Positions 38,704-52,290 of a DNA stretch of 64,000 bases are shown here, piece by piece. Positions within the stretch are counted from its first letter, which is position 1; each line of letters opens with the position of its first letter. This stretch comes from Octopus sinensis (taxonomy: Eukaryota), in assembly GCF_006345805.1 (NCBI RefSeq), contig NC_043003.1:46872001-46936000 (forward strand). The letters run 5' to 3'. The notes under the pieces were generated by a model. It was not told where the DNA came from. It made no database searches and saw only the letters and a list, made by a program, of their open reading frames with translations. The position numbers and the translations under genes are program-made.

Positions 38704-40392
38704 ATACACCAAGGGGAATCACGACACGTCGGACACCCTAGAGTACACCAAGCAACATATGCTAAACACATGTGCTTCGGACCGCATAGCTCAAGACATT
38801 ACTAATCATCGGCGTTCTCAGGTACCCCTCTCATTCCGCTTTGTATCATCTTTGAGTCCTATTCTGTTTTGTTTTAGTATGCACATATTTCTAAGCATCC
38901 TGTTAGTTATATATGAATACATACATCCACATGCACTTATATATTAATGCTGTACACAAATACATGACAAATATAAATAATACTGAAATACGCATAAAGT
39001 AAACACATGCCGACAAATATATTAATATTACAAATTTAAAAAATAATAAAAACATACAATCAATGAAGAGACAAAAGAAACAGTAAGATGATACATGTTG
39101 ATTTTATTAGGTATTTCTGTTTATTTAGATACCTATAATGAACAGGTCATGTCACAGACGCTAAGCTATAAATTTCACAGAGTGCAACCTTAAAGTTGAC
39201 ACCGCTCCCCTAACCGCAGAAAATTTTTGTCTCGCTATTGGCTAAAAATACAGAGTTTTTCCGATCTTTAAACCTCTGTAACTCTTTCCTCCAGTTTTTT
39301 TCTCCACAACATCATACCTTCATAGCAATGAGACTGGAAGACTACCTTATTATAGCTGATTTTCAGATTTTTTACTTCCTTTTAAAAAATGCATATTTTG
39401 CGAATGAAATATACTAGATTCCACCACTATCACCGCCAAAAAATTAATTTATAACAATGAAAAATACGTATTCCCTTATAGATAGTTCAAACAAGGGAGA
39501 TAATCATTTTTTCATAGTACTTGGCGTAATTGGAAGTTTGAAATTAAAATTGAGGTACAAGTGTTTGTAATATTCTATATTAAAATGTGGACATGAGTCT
39601 TTATGTTTAACCGATATTTGTTATTTATTTGCAGGTACCTTACTTCTATTATTAAGGTGCCTCTACTCGTAATGAACGCAATGTATTTATGTTTACACGT
39701 AAACAACATAATTAGTATCGCTGTGCATTTAGGGTTATATTGCAATGCATTAGTAATCTAATTATGAATGAAGAAAAAACAATTCTTGATCAAGCAAATC
39801 TTTAATCAATGGCATTCTAATAAATTCCATTTTATTTTCAGAAGCAGTCTACCCACCAACTATGTGGTATGTCTCGCCCTCTTTTCTTTTTAACATTATG
39901 GTATAGTTTAAGGAGTATTTGACACCTATTTCTAGCATATCGGAAGACCAGATAAAGTTTTCTTCTTTCTTGTGTGTTCAGTTGTAAATTCCCGTGTGCC
40001 GGCAATGGAGGTTTCTGATTGGCTTAACATGCATAATTTTAAATGCTTGTAACTTTCATTATTAACAATAATTTCTAGTGAAAATGAATGTCGATTTCCT
40101 CATCAACGTACAAAAGCTATCTCAGTGTAGAAAATGTAAAAAAAAAATCTGGACAAAAATTTAAATACTTCAAGTAGTTGGAAAGAATTTTAAAGGATCT
40201 AAATATAGCAAGACTTCACTGAAGTAGAAAATTATAACAAGTAATTATTTTTAGTGTATAATCATGAAAAATACATTGCTATTAAAAAATGTCAACCAAT
40301 CAGATGCCCAAATTGATTTAATGCAATTATTCGTTTATGAAACATACATGAAGCAGTTAATTTTTATGGATTTAAAAATAATAAAAAAATAT

Positions 40393-40475
<83 letters not shown>

Positions 40476-40612
40476 GTATTTATCCTATTTTCATTATTTT
40501 TCTATCTTGACATCAATGATGGGTAATCACTGAGATTTAAAACAGTAAAATAGTTTCGAAAATCAGGGGAAGTAATGCTGGAACGGTTATTTAATTACGA
40601 TTAATGAAACAC

Positions 40613-40757
40613 GCAGGCTTAGCTGTGTGATTAAAAAACTCGCTTTGAAACCACGTGATTTCGGATTCAATCCCACTGCGCGACACCTTGGGCGAATTTT
40701 TTCTGTTATATCGCTGGGCTGGCCAGTATCTTTTGAATAAATTTGATTGATGGAGAG
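40613..40757 (+). mobile_element. Diverged SINE family A 5' half
   Basis: gctgtgtgattaa..ggattcaatcccactgcgcgacaccttgggc; a similar remnant at 60905-61045. Confidence 0.65.
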
Positions 40758-40997
40758 ATGTATGTCTCTTCTATTTTGTAATTATTATAAATTTTCCACT
40801 GAGGAGGGAGCCGGTTCCCAACACAGAGACAAGGCTCCATCTTTGGGATGTAGTTAACATAGACAAATTCACATTTGGAACTTGAGAAAAGTCTTGCGTA
40901 TTTTTACAGTTCCACTCACAGATTGCACTTGTAATGTACGAATTAGCCGGTCGATTTCTCTTTCTGAAAATCCCAGTTTATCTAGATCTCCTTTAAG
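40758..40997 (-). mobile_element. 3' end of the (TACA)n-associated R4-like LINE
   Basis: Reverse complement matches 16450-16690; bounded by TATG motifs on both sides. Confidence 0.85.
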
Positions 40998-40998
40998 C

Positions 40999-41031
<33 letters not shown>

Positions 41032-41878
41032 TCTATGTACTATTTAGCGAAGTCCAAAATCAATATTAGTAGCTTGTCCCAAATGAAAGAGTTAATGGCT
41101 ATAATGTTTCGGATATTGTCTATCGGATAGTGGTAAAAAGGAGTGGAAAGACGAAAGGAAATTGGTGAATTGTGAGATTTACGCCAAGGCGTAGCTAACG
41201 AAAATGTTAGCAGGGTTGGATCCCAGTTTTGTTCCCATAGCAAACCCAGATATTGTAAGCAAGCCTCACTTACAAAAGCGAAGTAAAAAATGAATAGTAA
41301 TTCGGTTAGGTAGGGAAGGGTTGGTGCATATACTGGCTTGGTGGATGATGCAACGTTTTTAGAAGTATTGGAGGACCAGGGGACAATCGTTTTGAAGGAT
41401 GGTTGTGTAATAGTATTTAATGTCCATGGCGCTGAGAAGGGAAGAGCCAGAAAGGAAAGAAAAAGATTGGAATAGTCGAAGGGCATAATTGATACCAAGG
41501 GTGTGAAACAGAAGGGAAGCAACTAAGGGTGAAACAGAAGGAAAGCAACTAAGGGGTGGAGGTACTTAGATATCAGTTCGGTTGGGTAGTTACATGAAGA
41601 GACTATGGGGTGGCTAGGACTATCAGGTTTGTTAATTTTGGATAGAAAATATATGGCAGAGGTGCGAGGTACTTGTTGGGCAATGAGGTTGGTGGGTGGG
41701 GAGGGGAAATGAGCTGGGAAATAGTGTAGTGTAGGATGCGCACTGCTTGAACGTGGGTGTGGGATCAGAGTACGGGCGATAAAAGGTGGTGTTGCAGAAC
41801 TGTCGAAAAGCCTCCGCTCTGTAGAGGTCGCGGGCGGGCCATACTACTACAGTGCCGCTTTTGTCTCTCCGCTACATT

Positions 41879-41913
<35 letters not shown>

Positions 41914-41996
41914 CATACGTATATGCATATATAAAAGTAAAGGATAAGTAAGTAGTGTGTGTGTGTGTGTGAGTGTATGTGTGTGTGTGTGTGTGA

Positions 41997-42049
<53 letters not shown>

Positions 42050-42470
42050 GTGTGTGTGTGTATACATAGATACTATGTTGTTATATGTTGTATATTCAGA
42101 TGATCCTGCCTACCATCTACCTACATACAAACACACATACAAATGCCCTGTCACATAAACACACATATGTGTATTGACACCGTTTGTATGCGTACGTGTT
42201 TACATCCAATTCATAGTTTCGCTCAAATTAGCTCAACGGTCTACTGTACACGGCTGTTAATTAAAAATTGCTTTATTGAGCTCTTTTTCAGGTTTTTTTA
42301 AAACTCTATATATAAACAAATGTCATATATTATTTCTCTGTCACGGCTGAGAACTTTCTACATACATAAGTTTCCACATACACACGGAATGCTAACAAAA
42401 GAAAAGTAACACATATTAATTCCTTGATGAAAAACGTGTTTCTTTTCTGTTTGAAGCATAGAATCTGAGC

Positions 42471-42864
42471 TTACTCTTTTACTTGTTTCAGTCATTTCGA
42501 CTGCTGCCATGCTGGAGCACCGCCTTTAGTCGAGCAAATCGACCCCGGGACTTATTCTTTGTAAGCCCAGTACTTATTCTATCGGTCTCTTTTGCCGAAC
42601 CGCTAAGTGACGGGGACGTAAACACATCAGCATCGGTTGTCAAGCAATGCTAGGGGGACAAATACAGACTCACAAACACACACAGACATATATATATATA
42701 TATATACATATATACGACAGGCTTCTTTCAGTTTCCGTCTACCAAATACACTCACAAGGCATTGGTCGGCCCGGGGCTATAGCAGAAGACACTTGCCCAA
42801 GATGCCACGCAGTGGGACTGAACCCGGAACCATGTGGTTAGTTAGCACGCTACTTACCACACAG
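42471..42864 (-). mobile_element. SINE family A, full length
   Basis: Family A head, centre and tail. Confidence 0.95.
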
Positions 42865-42897
42865 TCGGAGAATTTCTGCACAGACATTGTGTGTGTG

Positions 42898-42971
<74 letters not shown>

Positions 42972-43151
42972 TGTGCGAGCGCGTGTATGTGTGTGTCATG
43001 GTAGGATGGAGAAATTAAATTAAAATAAGCTACGAATCATTAAATTTTGAAATTGTATATTTAGCCAATTAGATCCATCGAGAGTACGGAAGTCCACAAT
43101 TTTTTCATTTGTGTATGTTCCAAAAGCAACTAGTTGAGCCCATCATCTGAT

Positions 43152-43250
43152 TGGGGTTATGTTTAAAGTTAGAGTTAGGATTCGGTTTGAGCGTTTAGGT
43201 TTATGATTAGCGTTTAGGGATTAGGGTTAACGTTTACGGTTAGGGTTTGT
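43152..43250 (+). repeat. Degenerate TTAGGG-like hexamer tract
   Basis: gttagagttaggattcgg..tttagggattagggttaac..ggttagggttt. Confidence 0.6.
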
Positions 43251-45936
43251 AGTGCATCCAAAATTTCATTATAAATTTAAATTTATCGTTTTCTTTCATT
43301 TTCTATCGAGTAATGTCTTTATTATTAATATCCGCTAAGGCGGCAAGCTAGCAAAATCTTTAATGGTTCGTAATTTTTTTATTATTATTAATTTCTCAAT
43401 ATTGGTTGTGAAATCAATGCAGAATCATATTAGATAGCCACACAACATAGTAGTTAAAACAAAAGAAACACCCTTAATCTCATTGAGGGACTATAAAAAA
43501 AAACTTGTAGAATCTAAAATAGTGACTCAAAATCTTGGAATTAATAAACACACGCGCTGGTTCAATTTCACTTCTTTTTCATTAATCTTTTAATAATAAT
43601 CTTTTTCATTAATTAGTTATTTAACCAACCGAATAATTATGCAAGTGTGCGATTCGTTGGTTAAGTAGCCAATCAGCTAATATTAAAGAAGAGAAATTGA
43701 ACCAGTACGTGTGTTTATTATTGCATAATAACCCTTCCAAGATACAACTAAATTTGTTTCAACACACAAGTTCATATCCAGAATCTTGCAATCTAGATGC
43801 AATAAGCGAGTGGCTAAGTAAGTCTCAACAATCCGTTTCTTACCTATGGGAAGTGGTGGTCCATATTTATCGGTCTCTGTCCATTAAACTCTACAGCATG
43901 GGAAGGCCTTTGCGGTGCTTGCGCTCCGCTGGCATAGCTCTCTGGGTGTTAAGGTACAGAAGCCATCACACCACAGGGATTGGACCCTGTGGTGGAAACA
44001 GTTGGTCATACCAAGTATTAATTGAATTTTTATTTAGCCATTTATTTATTTTACATATGAAGTCTTTATATAAACAAAATAGTCATTTAATTCAGTGTTT
44101 ATATTTTATCGGTGTTTTCGAAAAATGTTTATTTTTTAACGAAGTAATTTTTTTATGCTTCTTTTACGCACTATACTCAAATAGTTGCGAATTAATTTTC
44201 AGGCACGAGCACTACTCCACTCCTTACCCTATGTTTAGTTTGGTTGACATATTTTCAGTTGTACTTCAAGGATTCATATCTTTTAGAATTTCGGTATTTG
44301 AACTTTTTTCACCATTTTATAAAGACAATCTTGATACTTTTGGGATGCATTAACCTACATTTCTCGGCATCCTTGTGTACCGTATCATACCATTTTAGAA
44401 CTACTGACCTACTAAATTTTGATTTGGCTAGATGTTCAGTGCTATATGACTTCGGTCTTGAATGATATTTAGACTATATTTGTATGCCGTTAAATTATGT
44501 TAATAAAGAGGAAAGCAACCATCATTTCAACATCGTTGCCGAGAACAAACTATGATAAATATTATTTCTCAACATTCCTGTTTGCCTTTGATATGTCTTC
44601 TTTCTATTTTTCTTTGTTGCTTTATGCCTTGTCTAATCTTGTGGCCTTGTAGCCATAATATTTCTCTCTACTATTTCATGTAGCATGACACTACTGTATA
44701 TCATTCTTGTTACCGTTAGGTTTCAGGTAAATCAATAATCTTTTTATTGTATTTTCCTGTGGTTTCTTGTAAGATTGTAACAGTCTTTGCTGGGATGAGA
44801 ATTTGACAGTTGAGAAGGAAAAATAAATATCAATAATACAATCAGATGACCTAAATTATCATAATTCCTTTACTCTCACAAAAAGAAACATATATTATTG
44901 GCATATTTACCCTTTATAATATCCATGAAAAAATTACAATGAAATAATAGAATATATCAACAAGGAAATATTCCTATAGCATTTGATTTGCAATATCGCT
45001 TTACGATAGGCGTAAATATGCGAATAATGTAGCATTCCTTCTTTTGCTGGAGAGAATAACGCGGACAGTCAGCTACAGGAAACCTTAGATTTTGTGGTTT
45101 TCCAGTTTTGATCTGTACCGAATCTCGGCTAAGTATTTAGATTTGTTGAGATGTCAAATATGTGCAAGAAATTAACTATGAAACTGTTTAATTAAAAGAA
45201 AGGATGTTCTGGGCGGCATAGTAATCATAAGAGAATTATCACTATCCAAAACTTGAGTAATTCATAAGTATACAATTTGTGACTAAAAATATCCGTGATA
45301 CACAACCTGAGGGTGACAAAATATATGGCAAAGCTCGTACTCTGAAGGGAACAAATCCAGAAAATTAGCAATCATGGCAGTAAAGAAAGAAAAGTGAGAC
45401 AGAGGTGAGACTACATCGATGAAGATGGTCGCAGCGTTTTGGTGCGTTGATGCGTGTATGACGCGTGAATGTTTGTATGTTTGTGAAACGACACAGAGAC
45501 GCAGTAGAGAGACTGGGTTACTATTTATGACCTATGGTTCTAACAGAATACTTTGTCCACTATTAACATTCATTTACCTTACCCCATTATTTTATTTTAT
45601 TTCTATAGCTGTATAGACGTGTAACGTGTTTTCCGCCTGGATTAATCTGCACCATTTACAATTAGTGTAATTAATCTCTAGCCTTCAATGACCTCATTAG
45701 TAAGGTTCAAAAACTATTTCGTGAGAAAAGTGTTCAGACTTTTAAATCGTTTCGGTCATTAAAACATATAATTATTATTTGTTTAGAGAAACTATAAGAA
45801 AATCATTATCAATGAAAACACAGCCCGCACTATAATTATTATCTCCTTTTTGTCAGTATTAATGAATGCAAGATATATATATACGTGTATGTATGTATTT
45901 AGATATAAATATATGCATACACACACACATACATAC

Positions 45937-45969
<33 letters not shown>

Positions 45970-46697
45970 CATACATACATACATACATACATACATACAT
46001 ACATACATACATACATACACACACACATACATACATACATACATACATACATACATACATACATTCTTGTATGCATGAATACACGCATACGTACATACTC
46101 GCATGCTTAATAAATATGTTTGTATGCATGTATGTACGTAGGGAAAAAACTTCTGTTCAGACATGTTGTATTGAAAACAGGACTGTGTCCCAGTTTAATC
46201 ATTTTCAATGTTTATTAATTCCTTGAAATTCATTTGTAAAAGTAAAATTCATTATCCACTTTTCTATACTTACGTAGGCTCATCTTCAGGATAAATTGAT
46301 ATTGGCGTGTTGTTATTACCTCTTTATACTATGCAAGGACGATGTGACTCATGTATTATTGCCGCTGGATTTTGAATTTTGACCTTTAGATTTATGTCAT
46401 CAGTCAGACGTTTGCTTTTGTTTGTATTAATCGCCTCCACGACTTCAAATGTATTGGCCATACAATTACAATACATTTCCATCGACTCACTATGCATTCT
46501 CAACAAGGAGCAGTTGCAATGTACCATGCTATACAACACAAAACAAAGCTAGATAGGAAATCATAAGTGGACAACACACGTATACAGTTCAGAACCTTCT
46601 ACGTCAAAGTTCAAACTAATTCAATATAAATAAACAATATATTGCACATTTTATATTCGTTTGCAAAATTTGTATGGATATGCATATAAGCGCATGT

Positions 46698-46698
<1 letters not shown>

Positions 46699-46766
<68 letters not shown>
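46699..46766. repeat. (AGT)n microsatellite
   Basis: Direct reading. Confidence 0.95.
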
Positions 46767-47269
46767 TGGGGTGGTTCTTGTTAACATTATGAGTGACCGG
46801 TATATAGATAGACCAGGAACGGAAGACAGAGCGAAACGATTACTTTATTATCACCGAGAAGTAACTGCCTTACAAATATAGCGAAAAATACCTCCAGGAT
46901 GTTCTTTCAGAAGAATATTTAGGATGCTTGAATACAAGCTAGGGGTTACATTTGTAGATAGACATACGTGAGCTTGGATTTTACTCTTTTAGTTCAGCTA
47001 AACGAGATCCTTAGCTACTGCGAGTGCACAACGACTCAGTTGGTAATCGGTGTAGTAACTTTACACCTATGCAAATTAAACAAGCGAGAAAAGCTCGGAA
47101 ACACACCACATAAACGATCTTTATCTTTTATATATTATCTTTTACATGTTTCAATAATTGGATTACGGCCAGGCAGGGGCACCACTTTGAAGACCACTGT
47201 ACTTTTTTTCAGCGTATATATATATATAATATATATATATATATAATATATATATATATTATACATATA

Positions 47270-47491
47270 GCTATCCTGTGTGACCCCTCTGTCAGGCATT
47301 CGCTATGCTGGATCGCTAGCCACTACACATTCTTTATTTTCTCTCCTTGTTTCTTTCTGCGCTCCTTTCTGTGGAAGAGCGTAGGCTCGAAACGTTAAAG
47401 ACTTTTTCACTTCCCAAACTAATACATCTGTTTGTTGTCTACATCACTTGTCTTCGTCTTTTGTTTTTTTGTTTTTTTTGTGAATTCTCCC
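47270..47491 (+). mobile_element. HH-A repeat with hammerhead-like motif (47364-47402) in (TA)n
   Basis: cttt CTGTGGA A GAGC gtag GCTC GAAA CGT T aaag. Confidence 0.85.
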
Positions 47492-47626
47492 TATATATAT
47501 ATAAGTGACAACGCACGAAACTCAGACCTTGAGTAATTGTTACTTCTGTTAAATAGCTAAATATTAATAAAAATATACATATGCTCGTATTTTGAGTCCT
47601 ATTTTTCCTGTTTACAGCATCATACT

Positions 47627-47976
<350 letters not shown>

Positions 47977-48087
47977 TATATATATATACATACGTTTATA
48001 TATTCGTTTTGTAAGATTCTTGATGTGAATTCGTGTGTTGAAACATATATTGTTGTATTTGTCATGTTGTATTGGTCATGTTGCTAA

Positions 48088-48381
48088 TTTAGCCAATGAA
48101 GACACACGTACTATATATTTGGTGTTCACTTGCTTCAGCTTTATTTCATATTAATTGTATTTCGGCCAGAGTTCTTTCGTCACACTTCTGTGACCTCATC
48201 AGTGGTCCTTTACATAATGGCAGATCGTTAGGAAGGAAAGACACAAAACAAGAAAGGAAAGGACCACTGATGAGGTCACAGAAGTGTGACGAAAGAATTC
48301 TGGCCGAAATACAATTAAAATGAAATAAAGCTGAAGCAAGTGAACACCAAATATACAGTGCGTGTGTTTTCACAGGCTAAA
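48088..48381. mobile_element. Foldback element with 124-bp arms, each containing a hammerhead motif
   Basis: Arms 48088-48211/48258-48381; + motif 48261-48305, - motif 48164-48208. Confidence 0.88.
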
Positions 48382-48441
48382 CTGACTGGACCATCCCCAA
48401 ATACAACAATACATATATGTGTGTGTGTGTGTGTGTGTGTA

Positions 48442-48597
48442 TACGGCGGGCTTCTTTTAAGTTTCTTCTACCAAATCCACTCACAAGGTTTTGGTCAGTA
48501 TGAGGCTGTTGTACAAGACACTTTCCCAAGGTGCCACGCAGTAGGACTGAACTTGGAACCATGTGGTTGAGAAGGAAATTTCTTAACATACAGCCAC
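48442..48597 (-). mobile_element. SINE family A 5' half
   Basis: Head and body up to the central TG tract; another 5' half at 32970-33072 and a 3' half at 52511-52720. Confidence 0.85.
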
Positions 48598-49052
48598 GTC
48601 CGCAAATATTCCATATAACATCCAGAGTATTTTGTCAGTCAACTGCTTCTCATAACAACCTAACTCGTATAATTCTAACAAACAGGAAATAACCAAACCA
48701 GTAAATTGCCTTGATGTTAATACGGCTCTATAACCGGATGCACATCAGCACTCCTCTTAAATTCCTTTAAAACCCGCCTTGTTAACTCCCTGAAAATACT
48801 CTACTACAACTATTTAGACGCAGGGAAACTTCCTACAATGCTGCATAAAAGTAATACTACCGATACATATAGAGAGATATCGGACGCAGACATGGAGCTA
48901 TACATCAGTATCGCTTATATCGTATCGTTAATACCGATACATACAGGGAGAAATAGGACACAAACAAGGAACTACAGAAACCCTGCCACTTCCAGCATAT
49001 CATTCAAGAGTTCTGAAGAGAATTAAGAATTGTATACAAAAATGCAATAACT

Positions 49053-49324
49053 TTTCTTTTACGGAATAGTGAATCTCGATGCACATAAAGCTATAAACAG
49101 TAATTGTAAATATTAGGCTGAAAAACCTTTTGCGTATAGAAGTTGAAGGCTGCCCGTGGGAATCGCAACCACATATGAAGTTACGACTGGCGTTCTACTA
49201 TTAGGCCAAAGCAATCCTTCAAATTTCTCTATTCATTTCAGAAACTTTATTCTTACCCGTAAGAATTGTATGTTGTTCACTTACAGTTTTATGTGTTTCG
49301 AGATTCACTATTCCTAAAAAGAAA
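49053..49324. mobile_element. MITE-like element with 44-bp imperfect TIRs
   Basis: 49053-49096 vs reverse complement of 49281-49324. Confidence 0.7.
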
Positions 49325-49822
49325 TATTTGAAGGTCTCTCGAAAGTTTATAAATTCTTATGAAGCCAACAATAACTTTTATACAAAACCAAACAAAAATC
49401 ATTTCAGCCTCCAGCACAGTTTCCGCCTCGGAAGAAACTACCTGACAAAACTCCTACGACAACATAACGCAATTCTGAACAGCTAACTGATAAGTTCACA
49501 GAGTGCCTATTGGTTTTTGCAAAAAATTTAACAAAAAAACTATGTCACACGTTGGAAAATGTCGGTGTAACAGGAAGGATGATAACGAGATGGCCTGATT
49601 TTCTGAAATACCAAATAGTAGTGATTACAGTACCATGTGTTCCAAGTTTGCACTAAGAATTGGAGTGCAACAAGACGTAATTCTTAGGTACATTTCTGTC
49701 CTCATCAAGACATTGTATATAGACAAAAATAAACAATAATCCATACTCAACAGTTTTGCAAACGACAGTAAAAATAATATATCAAGACAAAGTGAAAATA
49801 AGGTCTTGTTATGGATAATATT

Positions 49823-50082
49823 GTGGAGGCGCGTGGCTTAGTGGTTAGGGTGTCAGCATCATGATTGTAAGATTGTGGTTTCGATTCCAGGGCCGATCGA
49901 CGCGTTGTGTTCTTGAGCAAAACACTTCATTTCACGTTGCTCCAGTCCACCCAGCTGGCAAAAATGAGAAACGCTGCGATGGATCGGCGCCCCGTCCAGC
50001 TGGGGAACACATGCGCTATAGAAACCGGGAAACAGGGCCCATGAGCCTGACTAGGATTTAACAAGGGCACCTTTTTTTCAAT
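49823..50082 (+). mobile_element. tRNA-derived SINE with 14-bp TSD
   Basis: A box TGGCTTAGTGG, B box GGTTTCGATTCC, gctgcgatggatcggcgccccgtccag..gaaaccgggaaac domain; TSD ttatggataatatt at 49809-49822 and 50083-50096. Confidence 0.92.
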
Positions 50083-50932
50083 TTATGGATAATATTAACA
50101 TGCCTTTCGATATCACAATTTTCTTCATTACGAACTGACAAAAAAAGAAATTTTTTTTCCTTGCCCTATTCAAACAGATTCTTAAAACGGAATCTGCGAT
50201 CTGGTATGGCTATGTCACCGGATGTATCTTTAAATAAGTTTAAGTACAGTCGACTGTTCCCAGGAGTTCAGTAGTCGTATACTGAGAAGTTTATGTTCAA
50301 GAAACCCCAGAATGAAATTAACTCTCTGAAAATCAGTTATCCTAACTAGATCATATTACTCATAGCTCTGTTTCTCAGTAGTCCTACCGATGGTGTAATG
50401 AATAAAACTCTTTCGTGAGGCAATTTCAGCAAAATCATTATACCGAAGTATTGACGCCTGCAGCTATCGCATTTTTGCTTTCTGAACATCTCTGTGAATA
50501 CTATGCTATTATTGATATACATCCATATGTACATACACGCATATATGTATGGATGTATGGATGTATGTATGTATTATTATATGTATGTGTGTGGGGATAT
50601 ATGTGTGTGTGTGTTTGTGCATGTGCGTGAGTGTGTGTGTATACAAACATACATACACACACATACACACACGCACGCACACACATACACACACACGCAC
50701 GCACGTATAAATGGTGTTTATTGTCTTCTTACATGTCATAACATCTTACAACTTGTAAGAAAACTAAATACCAAGGATACCTCCTCTGTAACATTGAGTT
50801 TTTCTTCGTATTCGATAATCTGATAAATTGGTCGATATACATACATATATATATATATATATGTATACACACACACACATATATATATGTGTGTATATAT
50901 ACACACACACAGATAGATATATGTGTGTATAT

Positions 50933-50964
<32 letters not shown>

Positions 50965-51076
50965 TTACATATATTTATATATATATTTATATGTATATAT
51001 ATATGTGTGTGTGTGTGTATGTATGTGTGTGTTATTATATATATATATATATAATATATATATATATATAATATAT

Positions 51077-51264
51077 AGTTAATCCAAACAAGAAAACACA
51101 ACAACGCGAGGAACAAATATAGTATTATTGGACGCTCAGGAAAGAAGGGAAGAAGGAGGGTTTAACGTTTCTTGCGGAGCTCTTCGTCGGAACATAGGAG
51201 AAGAAGAAAGATCCGAGAAGGGAAGACAGTGGGAAAAAAATCGCCAACGGTACACACGAGGTCA
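51077..51264 (-). mobile_element. HH-B repeat, minus copy (motif 51158-51193)
   Basis: Reverse complement gtt CCGACGA A GAGC tcc GCAA GAAA CGT T aaac; TA tracts on both sides. Confidence 0.8.
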
Positions 51265-51265
51265 T

Positions 51266-51323
<58 letters not shown>

Positions 51324-51330
51324 ATTATAT

Positions 51331-51558
51331 AGGTGATGTTATGTTGCCAACTTAATGTGGTAGTCCCATAAAAGGAAGAATGTTACTGCTATTATAGCCC
51401 TAGGAAACACCGTTTCCAGTTGGCATGACACATTGAAAACATAAGGACACAGAAAATGTTTCATGGCTAACCGGAAACGGTGTTTCCTAGGACTCAATAG
51501 CGGTTAATTTTTCCCATTCATGGGACTGCCACATTAAGTTGGCAACATAACATCACCT
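51331..51558. mobile_element. Foldback MITE, ~105-bp TIRs, TA flanks
   Basis: aggtgatgttatgttgccaacttaatgtgg.. / ..ccacattaagttggcaacataacatcacct. Confidence 0.88.
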
Positions 51559-52015
51559 TATCGTGCTGCTACTGTATAAATCTCTTTGAGAGATTTAGAA
51601 ATGCAATATTTCTATTTATAAATATATATATTTATACATAATAAATCTCTGAGCGAGGTATAAACGGTAGCTGCACGACATCATGAAGTATATTTGCCAC
51701 TTAAATGTTGCTAATCCTTAAGGGTTGATGCTACAGTAGCTTGCAGCTACCGGAAGACATCTCCTCCAGCTGGCTATTAAGACATTTTCTGTGCCTCAGC
51801 AGTATTTGCAAAGGGAAATCATCCTTCTCATCTCCAGCCTGACGTGATACAAACGGACCCGGGTTTCTGAGTATTGACCCGTCATCGCCGTGTTTGTATT
51901 TATATAAACAAATATATATATATATATAATATATATATATCAGGGTCAGGGTTTTCACTGCTGTTTCAGCATGGTGGTATCTCTCAGATACCCTAATTTA
52001 TATATATATATATAG

Positions 52016-52064
<49 letters not shown>

Positions 52065-52067
<3 letters not shown>

Positions 52068-52290
52068 TGTAGGAAGAAATGGAGCTGAACGAAGATTTAA
52101 CAAAATTTCTTTATATTATGTTGTGCATTTTGTTGGAGAATTAAGTCCTGGATTTTCCTGAAGAGAAAGCTGCAAAATGGACTCCTTGTTCTATCCGAAT
52201 TAGGGACTTTGCAGCCTTCGAAACATATGTAGAAAATAATATAAAGGAATTTTGTTAAATCTTCGTTCAGCTCCATTTCTTCCTACACTT
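52065..52290. mobile_element. Foldback element with 55-bp TIRs enclosing a hammerhead
   Basis: aagtgtaggaagaaatggagctgaacgaagatttaacaaaat.. and its reverse complement at ~52236-52290. Confidence 0.9.
52152..52237 (+). ncRNA. Type I hammerhead ribozyme with canonical core
   Basis: ATTTTC/GAAAAT stem I; CTGAAGA; G-C closed 12-bp stem II with one mismatch; GAAA; palindromic ACATATGT stem III; GUA triplet, predicted cleavage after 52231. Confidence 0.8.

Noticed and set aside
39843-39867. Short AG/GT-bounded segment as a host micro-exon
   Set aside because: Too short to assess; no recognisable peptide or partner exons.
41040-41522. 160-aa minus-strand ORF
   Set aside because: No recognisable domain; the compositionally skewed strand explains the open frame.
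43844-43986. Minus-strand candidate exon with cag/gtaag boundaries
   Set aside because: Stop codons in all three frames.
46290-46555. Overlapping open frames on both strands, one with a signal-peptide-like stretch
   Set aside because: No homology I recognise and no clear splice donor; compatible with chance.
50781-50819. 39-nt phase-0 micro-exon [13 protein letters not shown] on the minus strand
   Set aside because: Weak polypyrimidine tract and weak donor (gtatcc); cannot be supported without RNA-seq.
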